In this document: in pieces, positions 29,740 to 39,597 of the stretch
Numbering within the stretch: position 1 is the stretch's first letter
Layout of the letters: each line of letters starts with the position of its first letter
NCBI GenBank assembly: GCA_017467335.1
Contig: JAFTSJ010000027.1
Span: 109 to 64,108 of the forward strand
Source of the DNA: Alphaproteobacteria bacterium
GTDB lineage: Bacteria; Pseudomonadota; Alphaproteobacteria; CAAHEQ01; UBA3637
Length of the DNA: 64,000 bases
Direction of reading: 5' to 3'
Notes under the pieces: generated by a model
Told to the model about the DNA's origin: nothing
Seen by the model: only the letters and a program-made list of their open reading frames with translations
Databases searched by the model: none
Translations under genes and position numbers: made by a program

Positions 29740-30558
29740 TTATTTTGTTCGTGTGTTCTGATAATCAAGCGGTCGTGATTTCGGATGAGATGTATTATCA
29801 ATTTTAAACGGTTTATTGGGTGTTGTTTGTTTTTGATAATCATTATAAATATAGACACCGCCGGCTGAAGCTGTTGCAACAAAAGCGAATGATACCGCAA
29901 ATAAAATAGCTTGTCTTATTTTACCGGCTCGTGTTAAGCGTGTTGTTCGAGGAGAAGATAATTCTTTTTGTACTTGAACAGATACACCATCATCGTTTAA
30001 GTGTAGAGCATGTACATTTTGGGCACTTCTTTCCGGACGTCCGTTTTTATTATATAATGTCCAACGGGATTGTTGTTTTTGTTCATCATAATGACAAACG
30101 GCTATATAATCGTAAAAATCTTCGTAATCATGGCCGACAGCAAATGTTTTGCCGGTTTTGTTTGATTGGACAACATATTGTAAGCGACCGTCATATTCTT
30201 CCAATTGAACAGTAAAAAATTGTGTGCAACGGTACGGATGAGCATAATCAACACCATCAGCTGTATAAATTGTATCATAAATATCAATTTTTTGACAGCC
30301 GTTTTCAGTGCCGGATAAAGGTTGCCCGTCTGTATTATATAAATATAAACGGCCGTTCTTTTCAACTTGTACACAGGGTAAATCATCAAATAATTCCCAA
30401 TCATCAACCTGCTGTAAATCAACAACTAATAAACCGTCTTTATTATAAATACCATCTTTTTTCTTGCGACTGAAATTGACAACATCAAAAAAATCATTCT
30501 TCATCGGTCTATACAAATATGTACTGGTGTAATCAAACATAAACTTGTCTCCAAACAC
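29740..30558 (-). CDS. Hypothetical protein with a single C-terminal TM helix (tail-anchored type), with weak WG/beta-propeller-like repeats
   Basis: 272-aa ORF. TM segment AILFAVSFAFVATASAGGVYI lies near the C-terminus. Confidence 0.5.
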   Translation of the reverse strand: MFGDKFMFDYTSTYLYRPMKNDFFDVVNFSRKKKDGIYNKDGLLVVDLQQVDDWELFDDLPCVQVEKNGRLYLYNTDGQPLSGTENGCQKIDIYDTIYTADGVDYAHPYRCTQFFTVQLEEYDGRLQYVVQSNKTGKTFAVGHDYEDFYDYIAVCHYDEQKQQSRWTLYNKNGRPERSAQNVHALHLNDDGVSVQVQKELSSPRTTRLTRAGKIRQAILFAVSFAFVATASAGGVYIYNDYQKQTTPNKPFKIDNTSHPKSRPLDYQNTRTK

Positions 30559-30669
30559 TTAAAATAAATCACATCGATAGAATATATGATTTTTGTTTGT
30601 TTGTCAATATTTATTTCAATATTTTTAAGAAGAAGCGTTAAAAAAGTACAATGATATGAATTTTTTTAG

Positions 30670-31125
30670 TTAATTGGCTTTAAAAACATAAGCATTTTCA
30701 TCGCAATTATCAATTTTAGGACACATTAAACAGTCTCCGAATACCTTATGTGGTAACGATTCCCGTTCAACATATTTAAAACCGCACCTTTCAAAGAACG
30801 CTTTTTGATAAGTTAATGTAAAAAATTCATAAATACCGATCATTTTACCTTCTTCAATGATTTTTTGTACCAATAAACGCCCGATACCTTGTCTTTTGAA
30901 GTCGGGTGATACGGCTAAAGATGAAACCTCCGCCAAATTTTTCCAAATAACATTCAGTCGGCAACAACCAACAACTTGTTGATTTAACTCACACACATAA
31001 AAACTTTGAATGTTGCGATAAATTTGATAAGGTGTTTTCATCAACATCAATCCGTCTTTGGCATAATTGTTTACCAAGGATAAAATGGTAGGAACGTCAT
31101 CCATAACGGCTTTTCGAATAATCAT
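30670..31125 (-). CDS. GNAT family N-acetyltransferase (ArgA C-terminal-like)
   Basis: Acetyl-CoA motif RQGIGRLLV. Start taken at MIIRKAV. Confidence 0.75.
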   Translation of the reverse strand: MIIRKAVMDDVPTILSLVNNYAKDGLMLMKTPYQIYRNIQSFYVCELNQQVVGCCRLNVIWKNLAEVSSLAVSPDFKRQGIGRLLVQKIIEEGKMIGIYEFFTLTYQKAFFERCGFKYVERESLPHKVFGDCLMCPKIDNCDENAYVFKAN

Positions 31126-31271
31126 GTAATATCTCCTTTGTCTGATAATGCAAAAGTGTATCAAAAATCGAATAATTTTTCAAGGGGAAAGGAGTTTATA
31201 AGGCGTTGTTTTTTGCTTGCATTTGAAAAATGAAGTGCTTATAATGGTAAAAAACATCAAAGGAGCCTTTA

Positions 31272-32246
31272 ATGAATAAGAAATATATTGAAGAAATTGA
31301 CGACCTGAACGCTAATGAACAAATTCACGAACCCTCTGTTAAGAAGCCTAAAAATATACGGCGAATCATGCGAACGTTTTTTATCGGATTTTTGTCTGTT
31401 TTGTGTCTTGTTGGGATTGTGTTGATTCATAAACTACATAAGGATTCTCAAAAACATCCTTCAACAGGGGTGACCCACTTCAATCGAATTGTCAATACAA
31501 AATTGCCGGTTTTGGCTCAACCGATAAAAAGTATATCATCATCGGTTAAGTCTTTGGAAACGGTTAATCAGCCGGCTTTTCCCGTTACACAAGAACCGGC
31601 TTTTCTTTCACCAACGCCATCAGCCCCATCATCAGATAATATATCGGAATTGACAACACCGACCGATACACCGGCCGTTGCGTTGCCTGTATCTGACAAA
31701 ACAGACGCAAAACAGGTTGCCATACCTGTAAAAAAAACAGATTATACGTTACAAAGTGCTTTGATTTTTAAAGAACATTTTTTAAAGGGTCTTCCTTGTG
31801 TTCAAGATTATCAACGTCTTTTATCGGCTCAGTATAAAACACCTGAAATGATGACGGTTTTGAATAATTTATCTCCGTATTGTGCCAGTGAAACAGGTGT
31901 TCGGCAAAATATCAAAGATATTTTTTTGAAAGAAAAGAAACGTTCTTTAATTGCCGGTTATGAAATGAAAAATGCAAAGTGGTTGGCGTATGTTAAAGCA
32001 TTGGTTGTTTCCGTCATTGAAATTCGTAAACTGAATCCGACAACGTCTAAGCCAAAAGATATTATTTATCAAGCTCAAAATGAATTATACCACCAAAATA
32101 TTCGTCAAGCCGTTGCTTTATTGAAAACATTACCGCCTCATATGCAAGATGCCATGAGTCACTTTTTTCGAGAAGCAGATATTTACATTCGGGCGGATGA
32201 CAGTTTGAATAAATTGATTTTATCTTTTGAACATGCAGGAGAATAA
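31272..32246 (+). CDS. Membrane-anchored protein with a mitofilin-like C-terminus (alphaproteobacterial Mic60-like)
   Basis: N-terminal TM (FFIGFLSVLCLVGIVLI), a P/S/T-rich linker, and a C-terminal helical segment (...QAQNELYHQNIRQAVALLKTLPPHMQDAMSHFFREADIYIRADDSLNKL). It sits directly upstream of a HemY-like gene. Confidence 0.55.
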   Translation: MNKKYIEEIDDLNANEQIHEPSVKKPKNIRRIMRTFFIGFLSVLCLVGIVLIHKLHKDSQKHPSTGVTHFNRIVNTKLPVLAQPIKSISSSVKSLETVNQPAFPVTQEPAFLSPTPSAPSSDNISELTTPTDTPAVALPVSDKTDAKQVAIPVKKTDYTLQSALIFKEHFLKGLPCVQDYQRLLSAQYKTPEMMTVLNNLSPYCASETGVRQNIKDIFLKEKKRSLIAGYEMKNAKWLAYVKALVVSVIEIRKLNPTTSKPKDIIYQAQNELYHQNIRQAVALLKTLPPHMQDAMSHFFREADIYIRADDSLNKLILSFEHAGE

Positions 32247-32248
32247 AT

Positions 32249-33436
32249 ATGCTTAAATTGATTATTATCTTTGCTTCATTATTTTTTGTCGGTTATCTGA
32301 TTGTAAATGATTATTGGACCATTACGGTTACAGGTTTTGGGTATGAAGTGACTGTATCAACTGTTTTGCTTTTGGTTGTCGGTGTTTTATTGGCTTATTT
32401 GGTACATGTTATCAAAAAACCGTTTCGGGTATTAGGTCGTTTTCGTGGGCGAAGAACATTATCGCAACAAAATAAACGGGAAACATATTTTTTTGATATT
32501 ATCAAAACCGTATTGGAAGATAGTCCGGCTCAACGACACCTTCTTTTTAAACAGGCCGGTCAATTTGTCGATAAAAAAACATATCGATATGATTTGATTG
32601 AAGCTCTTTTAAAACCAAATAAGGCTGTTTTTGAAAAATTGACACAGCAATCAGAAACACGATTAGCCGGTTTACATGGATTGTATGAAGAACAATCCCG
32701 TAAAGGAAATATGAAAGAAATGGGGCATATTTTAGATAAGGCATTAGTTCATCATGCTGATGTTCCATGGGTTATTCAAGCTAAATTCAATTTGTTATTA
32801 CAAGAAAGTGATTGGGAAAATGCGGCACACTATTTGGAAATTTTAAAGAAAAACAATTTAATTTCCAAAGAAGAATATCAAAAAGGTTATGCCGGATTAC
32901 TTTATAAAAATAATAAAATAAAGGCGGCTTATGAAGCCGATAAATCAAACCCGACATTTGCAATTGCATATGCACGAGAAAATCCGGCAAAAGCGGCAGA
33001 TATTTTATATACCTCCTGGCAATTAACACCGTGTTGGGAAACATACTGTCATTATATGGATGTTTATAAAGATGAAACGCCGACAAAACAGATGAAAGCG
33101 TTGAAACGGTTAACGGCTAAAAATCCGACAAGTCGTTTGTCGTTGTTAATTGCTGTTGACACATCCATTCGTTTGGAATTATGGCGGGATGCCAAAGAAA
33201 CAATGGAAGTTTATATGCAAACATATCCGTTGACAAAACAGGCAGCTGATTTGATGGCTACTATTGTTCGTAAAGGATGGCATCACGAAGAAGAAGCCCG
33301 AGAATGGGAACAAAAAACCGTTGAAACAGATGATAAACATGGTTGGACATGTAGCCATTGTCATCAAGAAACATATGGTTGGGACATGCTTTGTCCGCAC
33401 TGTAATCGGTTTGGTACAGTTATATATAACAGGTAA
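32249..33436 (+). CDS. HemY-N domain/TPR protein with a C-terminal zinc ribbon
   Basis: Two N-terminal TM helices with the HemY_N pattern, a helical repeat body, and C-terminal WTCSHCHQETYGWDMLCPHCNRFG. Confidence 0.7.
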   Translation: MLKLIIIFASLFFVGYLIVNDYWTITVTGFGYEVTVSTVLLLVVGVLLAYLVHVIKKPFRVLGRFRGRRTLSQQNKRETYFFDIIKTVLEDSPAQRHLLFKQAGQFVDKKTYRYDLIEALLKPNKAVFEKLTQQSETRLAGLHGLYEEQSRKGNMKEMGHILDKALVHHADVPWVIQAKFNLLLQESDWENAAHYLEILKKNNLISKEEYQKGYAGLLYKNNKIKAAYEADKSNPTFAIAYARENPAKAADILYTSWQLTPCWETYCHYMDVYKDETPTKQMKALKRLTAKNPTSRLSLLIAVDTSIRLELWRDAKETMEVYMQTYPLTKQAADLMATIVRKGWHHEEEAREWEQKTVETDDKHGWTCSHCHQETYGWDMLCPHCNRFGTVIYNR

Positions 33437-33441
33437 TCAAG

Positions 33442-34374
33442 ATGACACAACAAAATTTTCCACGTGTAACAATTGTAACGGTTGTTCTTAATTTAATTCA
33501 AAATAATCGAGAAGATATGTTTCGCAGATGTGTTCAAAGTATTCGTCAACAAACGTATCCTCATATTGAACATATTGTTATTGATGGAGCCTCTACGGAC
33601 GGAACGGTTGAATTACTTCAATCAATGGGGTTAACTTTTTTTTCAGAGAAAGATACCGGCATCTATGATGCGATGAATAAAGGGATTTTAAAAGCAACAG
33701 GTCAATATATTGCTTTTATGAATTCTGATGATTACTATGCTTCGCCGACAGCCGTTGCTTCCATGGTACAAAAAATGGTTGAAACGAATGCAGACGGAGC
33801 CTATGGTCGAGCCTACATTGTTGGTCGTCCCGGAAAAAAAGATTTATTGAAATCATATTGGATAGGACAGGCTTTTTATCGTATGCCGGTTTGTCATCAA
33901 GCCTTTTTTTGTACGGTTGCTTCGCTAAAAGAACAAGGATTATTTGATACATCATTTCGAATAGCCGGCGATTATAATTCTATTTATAAAATGGTTATGA
34001 ACGGTAAGTTAATTGTTCCCGTGCAGGAAAAAATTGCCTGTTTTGTTTTAGGTGGTATTTCAACTCAACTTATTCAAAAATCCAAGGATGAAAGTATTCG
34101 AGTTATTGAAAATAATTTAAATATACCTTTATCGGTGGCTCAAACAATTGCTCAAAACAAATATGTGCCGTTTCGGTTATATCGACAGTTAAGAAAACGG
34201 CTTCATCCCAAAATGGTATCAGCATTTGACTATGTCTTTTTAAAACAACTTTTGTATCGATTTATTCATTCTGTGGCAACCATTCATTTAAGAAAAGGAT
34301 CACGATACATTCAATTGTTTGGAATACGTATTATCGGTCAAAATAACCCAACAACTCGGATTGAAAAGGAATAG
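33442..34374 (+). CDS. Family 2 glycosyltransferase
   Basis: VTIVTVVLN....SIRQQTYPHIEHIVIDGASTDGT and NSDD (DxD-like). Confidence 0.85.
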   Translation: MTQQNFPRVTIVTVVLNLIQNNREDMFRRCVQSIRQQTYPHIEHIVIDGASTDGTVELLQSMGLTFFSEKDTGIYDAMNKGILKATGQYIAFMNSDDYYASPTAVASMVQKMVETNADGAYGRAYIVGRPGKKDLLKSYWIGQAFYRMPVCHQAFFCTVASLKEQGLFDTSFRIAGDYNSIYKMVMNGKLIVPVQEKIACFVLGGISTQLIQKSKDESIRVIENNLNIPLSVAQTIAQNKYVPFRLYRQLRKRLHPKMVSAFDYVFLKQLLYRFIHSVATIHLRKGSRYIQLFGIRIIGQNNPTTRIEKE

Positions 34375-34375
34375 T

Positions 34376-35380
34376 ATGTCTGATTGGTTGGAAGATAATT
34401 TGGCAGAAGAAACAGAACGGAATGATTTTGCCGGTCCAATTATGACGCCGAAAGTTGTATCGGAATGGGCTAATCAACGGTTAGATAAATATTTAGTCAA
34501 TGTGATGAAGGGATATTCCCGTAATCAGATTATTCGTTTTATTGAAACAGATTGTGTGAAACATCACTCAACAGACACTTTTATTAACGAACCTGATTAT
34601 CGTACGAAAACAGATGATGTTTATGTTATTACTTTACCCCAAGCCCAACCGGCTGAGCCGAAAGCAGAAAAAATTTCATTAGATATTTTATATGAAGACA
34701 ATGATGTTATCGTTGTGAATAAACCGGCCGGTATGGTTGTTCATCCGGGGGCGGGTAATTATACGGGAACGCTTGTTAATGCTTTATTATATCATGCGGC
34801 GGATTCGTTATCCGGTATAGGAGGCGTTAAACGTCCGGGAATTGTTCATCGTATTGATAAAGATACCAGTGGAATATTGGTTGTTGCTAAAAATGATTAT
34901 GCTCATATCCGATTATCAGAACAATTTTCAGCTCATACCATTGAACGGGTTTACCAAGCTTTTGTATGGGGGTTTGTCCAACAAAAAACGGGTACTATAT
35001 CTGGCAATATCGGTCGTAGTCCGACAAATCGCCAAAAGATGGCTATTGTTAAAAATGCCGGTAAACCGGCAACAACGCATTATGAACGATTGGCTTCCTA
35101 TCAACAGTTAGCTTCCCATGTTCAATGTGTATTGGAAACGGGTCGAACACATCAAATTCGTGTTCATATGGGTTCAATCGGTCATTCGTTAATCGGCGAT
35201 TCGGTTTATGGTGTTGTTCCCAAACAGGCTCCTCATTTTTTACGGTTTTTCCCACGTCAGGCATTGCATGCCGGTTCGTTAGCCTTTATTCATCCGAAAA
35301 CGGGAAAACGATTGTATTTTGAAACACCTTTACCATCAGATTTGATTGAGTTAAAATCATTTTTAGAACAAATGTCATAA
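34376..35380 (+). CDS. rluD: 23S rRNA pseudouridine synthase, RluD family
   Basis: S4-like N-terminus, catalytic motif HRIDKDTSGILVVAKN, and GRTHQIRVH. Start moved to ATG 34376. Confidence 0.9.
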   Translation: MSDWLEDNLAEETERNDFAGPIMTPKVVSEWANQRLDKYLVNVMKGYSRNQIIRFIETDCVKHHSTDTFINEPDYRTKTDDVYVITLPQAQPAEPKAEKISLDILYEDNDVIVVNKPAGMVVHPGAGNYTGTLVNALLYHAADSLSGIGGVKRPGIVHRIDKDTSGILVVAKNDYAHIRLSEQFSAHTIERVYQAFVWGFVQQKTGTISGNIGRSPTNRQKMAIVKNAGKPATTHYERLASYQQLASHVQCVLETGRTHQIRVHMGSIGHSLIGDSVYGVVPKQAPHFLRFFPRQALHAGSLAFIHPKTGKRLYFETPLPSDLIELKSFLEQMS

Positions 35381-35384
35381 AAAA

Positions 35385-35414
35385 TGCGTGGTGCCCAAGG
35401 AAAAACACCACGCA
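35385..35414. terminator. Bidirectional terminator between convergent genes
   Basis: 9-bp stem tgcgtggtg / caccacgca with a 12-nt loop. Confidence 0.65.
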
Positions 35415-35440
35415 CGCCTCTATATTTTTAAGAGAATGTC

Positions 35441-36031
35441 TTAAAAATAGTATCGAGCAGTTAATTTGACATCGTTTGAACGAACGTCTTGTTTTGTTTT
35501 TCCGGTATAACCTTCACGTGTTTTAACACGGGCTTGACCTAAATCCGTATAACGGTAACCTAAGTCCAAAGACAGACAGTTATTAACCATATAGTCTAAA
35601 CCGACACCGGCAGTCCAAGCAAAGTTTGTTTTTGTTGCACCTTTGGCATCCGGCATATCATCCGTTACGTTCCATGCCATACCCAAACCACCCATACCAT
35701 AGACGCTTAAGTTGTGGTTTAACGGCATTGTTGCATAGATATTTGCTAAAACCGGAACAGACCACATATCTGTTTTTCTTTTACCGACAGTTGTTTTCAT
35801 ATCAACATCGCTCCAACCACGATAACCGACTGTTAAATCGGAACGAAGGTATTCGTTAACATGGTAACCCATACCGATACCTAAAATACCGGCATCGCCT
35901 GTATCTTTGATACCGAATGAATAACCGGCTTCACCCAGTACGTAAGGTTTGCTGAAATCAACGGCATGAGCATTGCTTGTTGCCATCAATAAACCGGCAA
36001 TTGCCAAACCTGATAATAAATACTTCTTCAT
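35441..36031 (-). CDS. Outer-membrane beta-barrel protein (Omp25/OmpA-like porin family)
   Basis: Signal peptide ...TSNAHA|VD, alternating beta-strand pattern, C-terminal ...LTARYYF. Confidence 0.8.
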   Translation of the reverse strand: MKKYLLSGLAIAGLLMATSNAHAVDFSKPYVLGEAGYSFGIKDTGDAGILGIGMGYHVNEYLRSDLTVGYRGWSDVDMKTTVGKRKTDMWSVPVLANIYATMPLNHNLSVYGMGGLGMAWNVTDDMPDAKGATKTNFAWTAGVGLDYMVNNCLSLDLGYRYTDLGQARVKTREGYTGKTKQDVRSNDVKLTARYYF

Positions 36032-36262
36032 TTTATATTCTCCTTTCTTAAAAATATTACGAAGCAATTTAAAACTAGGGTCAGAAAGTTATCTTGTCTA
36101 GCGAAAATAATCAAAATAGATAAAATAAATAGGACTGTATGTAAAAATCATAAACCTATATGTTTCAAATGGTTATTTTAATTTATAAAAAACTTGTGTC
36201 TGACTAAAAAATGTGTTAAACTGTAAAAAAACAGGAAAGGCGATTCGGTCAGAGGAGTTTAT

Positions 36263-36718
36263 ATGCGTATCAATGATAAAATCATATCAAACATGATTGG
36301 CAAAGATGAAAAATTTATTTGGGAAGTAACCGGTTCGATTGCTGATGTGTTATATAATCCTCTTTTTTGGATTTTAACGGTTCTAACATGTGGTATTTTT
36401 ATTATTGTGTTGTACTATAATAGGATTTATCACAGTTACGTTTTAACAACACAACGGTTGATTATTATTTCCGGTATTTGGACAAAAGACGTTGATGAAA
36501 TTGAATTGTTTCGTATTGTTGACAGTTCGTCATCACAATCAATGATTGATTTATGGTCGGACTTGGGGGATATTTTCATCAATTCAACAGATAAAACGGG
36601 TTATTTGAAAATGCACAAAATTCGCAATCCGCACGCTGTTCGTGATTCGTTGCGTTATCAATATATGGCTTCTCGTCAAAAAAAAGGGACGGTTGTCTTG
36701 GAAAACATTTCTCGTTAA
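36263..36718 (+). CDS. Bacterial PH-domain (bPH_2/YdbS-like) membrane protein
   Basis: TM hairpin followed by YVLTTQRLIIISGIWTKDVDEIELFRI. Confidence 0.7.
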   Translation: MRINDKIISNMIGKDEKFIWEVTGSIADVLYNPLFWILTVLTCGIFIIVLYYNRIYHSYVLTTQRLIIISGIWTKDVDEIELFRIVDSSSSQSMIDLWSDLGDIFINSTDKTGYLKMHKIRNPHAVRDSLRYQYMASRQKKGTVVLENISR

Positions 36719-36740
36719 TCTGTTCAGGAAATTATTGTAT

Positions 36741-36764
36741 AGGCGAGCCGGTATTGGCTCGCCT
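36741..36764 (+). terminator. Rho-independent terminator
   Basis: GC-rich 9-bp stem aggcgagcc / ggctcgcct with a 6-nt loop. Confidence 0.7.
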
Positions 36765-37004
36765 TCTTGACGAATCGATGTGTATTTTGTGTATCAATTG
36801 ATATAAGTACGATATAAAACCGTTTTATCATATTTTCCTGCCAAAAAAATGCTTCCGCTGGTTACCGCTTTTTACCGTTTTTTACCTAACATTTCCGATA
36901 AATACCTGAATTTTCTTATTTTAATTGTTTATATGAGAGGTAAAATTTCTTATACTGTCAAAAGGGAATAATCCCGATAATCATATTTTTTAAAGGAGAA
37001 AAAA

Positions 37005-37775
37005 ATGCCATTTGACAGTGAAGGAAATTTTACACGGATTCACAGTTGGGAAGATGACCGTGTAAACGGAATTGAAATTGTAACGGAAAGACATGATGAA
37101 GAAGACGATAATTTTGCCGCCGGATTTAATGAAACATTTTTGCGAGATGGTCGTGTTGCCATGACCGGTGTTATAGATATGGGTGGTTATAAAATTCAAA
37201 ATTGTGGAAAAGGTGTTATTGGTACAGATTTAATTACCAAAGACCAGTTAACGGATAATGTGATAACAACAACCAATAATTTGATGTTAGTTGGTGATAT
37301 AAAGGCATCTGTTATTCCATATAACCATTCATGTTGGTTATTGTGTAACGGGCAAGCTGTTTCAAGAACGGAATACAGTGAATTATTTTCTTTGATTGGA
37401 ACAACATTTGGAGCCGGTGATGGTGTTACAACATTTAATATTCCGAATTATCAAGGAAAATTTTTGCGAGGATTGGGAGGGGATAGTGCAGGCAGTATTG
37501 CAGAAACCCAACAAGAAGGATTACCGAACATTTACGGACGAGCCGGTATCGGTATTCAAGAAAATTTGGCACCTTTTGATATTTCGGCAGCAAACGGTTC
37601 ATTTTACAATGCCGGTGTTACAGGTGTTAATAAAGCCCATTATCCGGATTGGCAGGTTCAATCATATTATCTTGATTTTGATGCATCTCGTGTCAGTCAT
37701 ATTTACGGGGCCAGCACGCATGTTACACCGGTCAATCAAGCTGTTTACTATTTTATAAAAGCCAAAAATTTATAG
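37005..37775 (+). CDS. Phage tail-collar-domain fibre protein
   Basis: WLLCNGQAVSRTEYSELFSLIGTTFGAGDGVTTFNIPNYQGKFLRG is the canonical Phage_Tail_Collar motif. The N-terminus (F.R...W..D...G..I....HD.EDDNFA.G....L.RDG...MTG..DMGG.KI.N) is typical of tail-fibre N-termini. Confidence 0.85.
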   Translation: MPFDSEGNFTRIHSWEDDRVNGIEIVTERHDEEDDNFAAGFNETFLRDGRVAMTGVIDMGGYKIQNCGKGVIGTDLITKDQLTDNVITTTNNLMLVGDIKASVIPYNHSCWLLCNGQAVSRTEYSELFSLIGTTFGAGDGVTTFNIPNYQGKFLRGLGGDSAGSIAETQQEGLPNIYGRAGIGIQENLAPFDISAANGSFYNAGVTGVNKAHYPDWQVQSYYLDFDASRVSHIYGASTHVTPVNQAVYYFIKAKNL

Positions 37776-37783
37776 GAGGAAAT

Positions 37784-38137
37784 ATGACAAGTCGTATTAC
37801 ATCTACATCAATTACTGTAACACAGGGTGATTCTTTACCGATTTTATTAACTTTTAACCAAGATATTACCGGTGCTGTTATTACAATGCAAGTTCGCAAT
37901 GATGACGATAAGCTGATATTAAGTAAAACAGTGACGGAACATTTAAATCCACTCAAAGGAGAAACACTTTTAAATTTAACGCCTAAAGAAACATCTGTTC
38001 CTGTTGGTATATATCGAACGGATATGGAAATTACGTTTTCAGATGGAGCTAAATATACCTTTTATCCGCCTCAAATCGGTAAAACGGCCTGTTTTCATGT
38101 GACAACGCAAATTACACGAGAGGATGGTTTAATATGA
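37784..38137 (+). CDS. Small all-beta (Ig-like) phage tail accessory protein
   Basis: 117-aa ORF, 8 nt after the collar gene and overlapping the next gene by 4 nt. The beta-strand-rich sequence resembles BppU-N/Ig-like fibre adaptor domains (weak). Confidence 0.5.
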   Translation: MTSRITSTSITVTQGDSLPILLTFNQDITGAVITMQVRNDDDKLILSKTVTEHLNPLKGETLLNLTPKETSVPVGIYRTDMEITFSDGAKYTFYPPQIGKTACFHVTTQITREDGLI

Positions 38138-39597
38138 TAAGATTAGCAAATGAAACAGATATTGTCCCCCAACATGAACTTGTCGTTGATATAAAACCAC
38201 AAAATGAAGTTCATGTAACGGTTGGGGCACTTCATTGTGTTTTACAAACCGATGCGGTTTGGGTTCGTAATGGTGAAAAAGAAGTTCAATATTATGTTGA
38301 TACGGTTGTTAAACCGGAATTGAATCAAATTATTACGCAAGGAAAAGATGATTTTCAGCATATTATTTCGGAAGAAACAGATGAATTAAATCAATTGCTT
38401 GTGGACAATAAAGAATCGTATCAATCTTTTACTGATGAACAAAAAGATTTTTTTAATGCAAATGTACAAGAACAAACATCACAATTTAATCAACATGTGA
38501 TTTCTCAACAAAATATGTTAGATAATCATATTCTGGAAATTGAAGATACCTTTAATCAAAAACAATCTGATATAGAAGTATTGGCAGAACAAGTTGCTCA
38601 AAATACATCTGAAACGGCACAAAATACCGTTAAGACACAACAATATGTTGAACAATCTTCTCAATCGGCTCAAACAGCCCAAACAGCTGTTCAATCTGTT
38701 CAAGCAATACAAACCGATATTGGTCAAATCAAGAACGAAACAATATCTGTTTATGAACAGACCGTTGAACAGATTGATTTAGCCGCTGATTACACATTGA
38801 AAGCTCAACAATCAGCCCAAACGGCAACAGACAAATTAAACGAGGTTCAAACCTATGTTCAAGAAGCATCTCAATCAGCTCAAACAGCATTAACGGCTCA
38901 ACAATCAGCTCAAGACAGTTTACAACAAATGCAAATGTTGATGGATGATACGGTTACGGTAAGTGGCAATCAAATAATTACAGGTCGTAAAACATTTATA
39001 ACACCTCTTTATCGACAATCTGAAGAATTTGATTCAACTCAAAACAGCGTAGCGAACTACACTGCTGAGCCAATAGCCCAAGCAACGGACAAATCCGGTC
39101 GTTGTTTTATGAATTTGCAATATGGGAAAGAAACAAATGGAACATTGTTTGGACGATTGTCATTAAGTCGTTTAGTTAACGGTGCCACTCATGAACATTC
39201 TTTAAATATGGGGATTTCCAATGAGGGAATTGGTTTTATTCAGTGTCTATCACCTCAACCGGAAAGTAATTCAGCCGATATTGCCACAACACAATGGAGC
39301 AGGAATACCATTCGGGATATTACATTTCCTGATTGGGCAACATGTGTTGAAATTTCAGGAACGGGACAAAAATATGCCCCATATGACGGTGTTTTAATTG
39401 TCACACCGGAAGATCAAGGAGAATCTTGTTTTACAATGATAATCGGTGTTCATGAATATAATTTAGCTCAAGAATATTTTGGTGCAGACTATGGCCATAC
39501 GGGGTATGGTTTTTTCCCAATGAGAGCAAATTTACCTTATTCAATTACGCATATGTTCGGTTGTTATTGTCGGTTTTTCCGTTATATAGGAGGATAA
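38134..39597 (+). CDS. Phage tail-fibre protein (Q/A/S-rich coiled-coil shaft plus C-terminal globular domain)
   Basis: Repeats SQSAQTAQTAVQSVQ and SQSAQTALTAQQSAQ, followed by the fibre motif VSGNQIITGRKTF and about 210 aa of C-terminal domain. Confidence 0.75.
   Translation: MIRLANETDIVPQHELVVDIKPQNEVHVTVGALHCVLQTDAVWVRNGEKEVQYYVDTVVKPELNQIITQGKDDFQHIISEETDELNQLLVDNKESYQSFTDEQKDFFNANVQEQTSQFNQHVISQQNMLDNHILEIEDTFNQKQSDIEVLAEQVAQNTSETAQNTVKTQQYVEQSSQSAQTAQTAVQSVQAIQTDIGQIKNETISVYEQTVEQIDLAADYTLKAQQSAQTATDKLNEVQTYVQEASQSAQTALTAQQSAQDSLQQMQMLMDDTVTVSGNQIITGRKTFITPLYRQSEEFDSTQNSVANYTAEPIAQATDKSGRCFMNLQYGKETNGTLFGRLSLSRLVNGATHEHSLNMGISNEGIGFIQCLSPQPESNSADIATTQWSRNTIRDITFPDWATCVEISGTGQKYAPYDGVLIVTPEDQGESCFTMIIGVHEYNLAQEYFGADYGHTGYGFFPMRANLPYSITHMFGCYCRFFRYIGG

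Noticed and set aside
38600-38950. Short DNA repeats that could have been a tandem or CRISPR-like array
   Set aside because: The repeats are imperfect, irregularly spaced, and lie in frame inside the fibre gene, where they encode the SQSAQTA coiled coil. There is no repeat-spacer architecture anywhere in the window.
37005-39597. Diversity-generating retroelement targeting the fibre C-termini
   Set aside because: No reverse transcriptase ORF, and no template/variable repeat pair of about 100 nt or more, is visible in or near the cassette.
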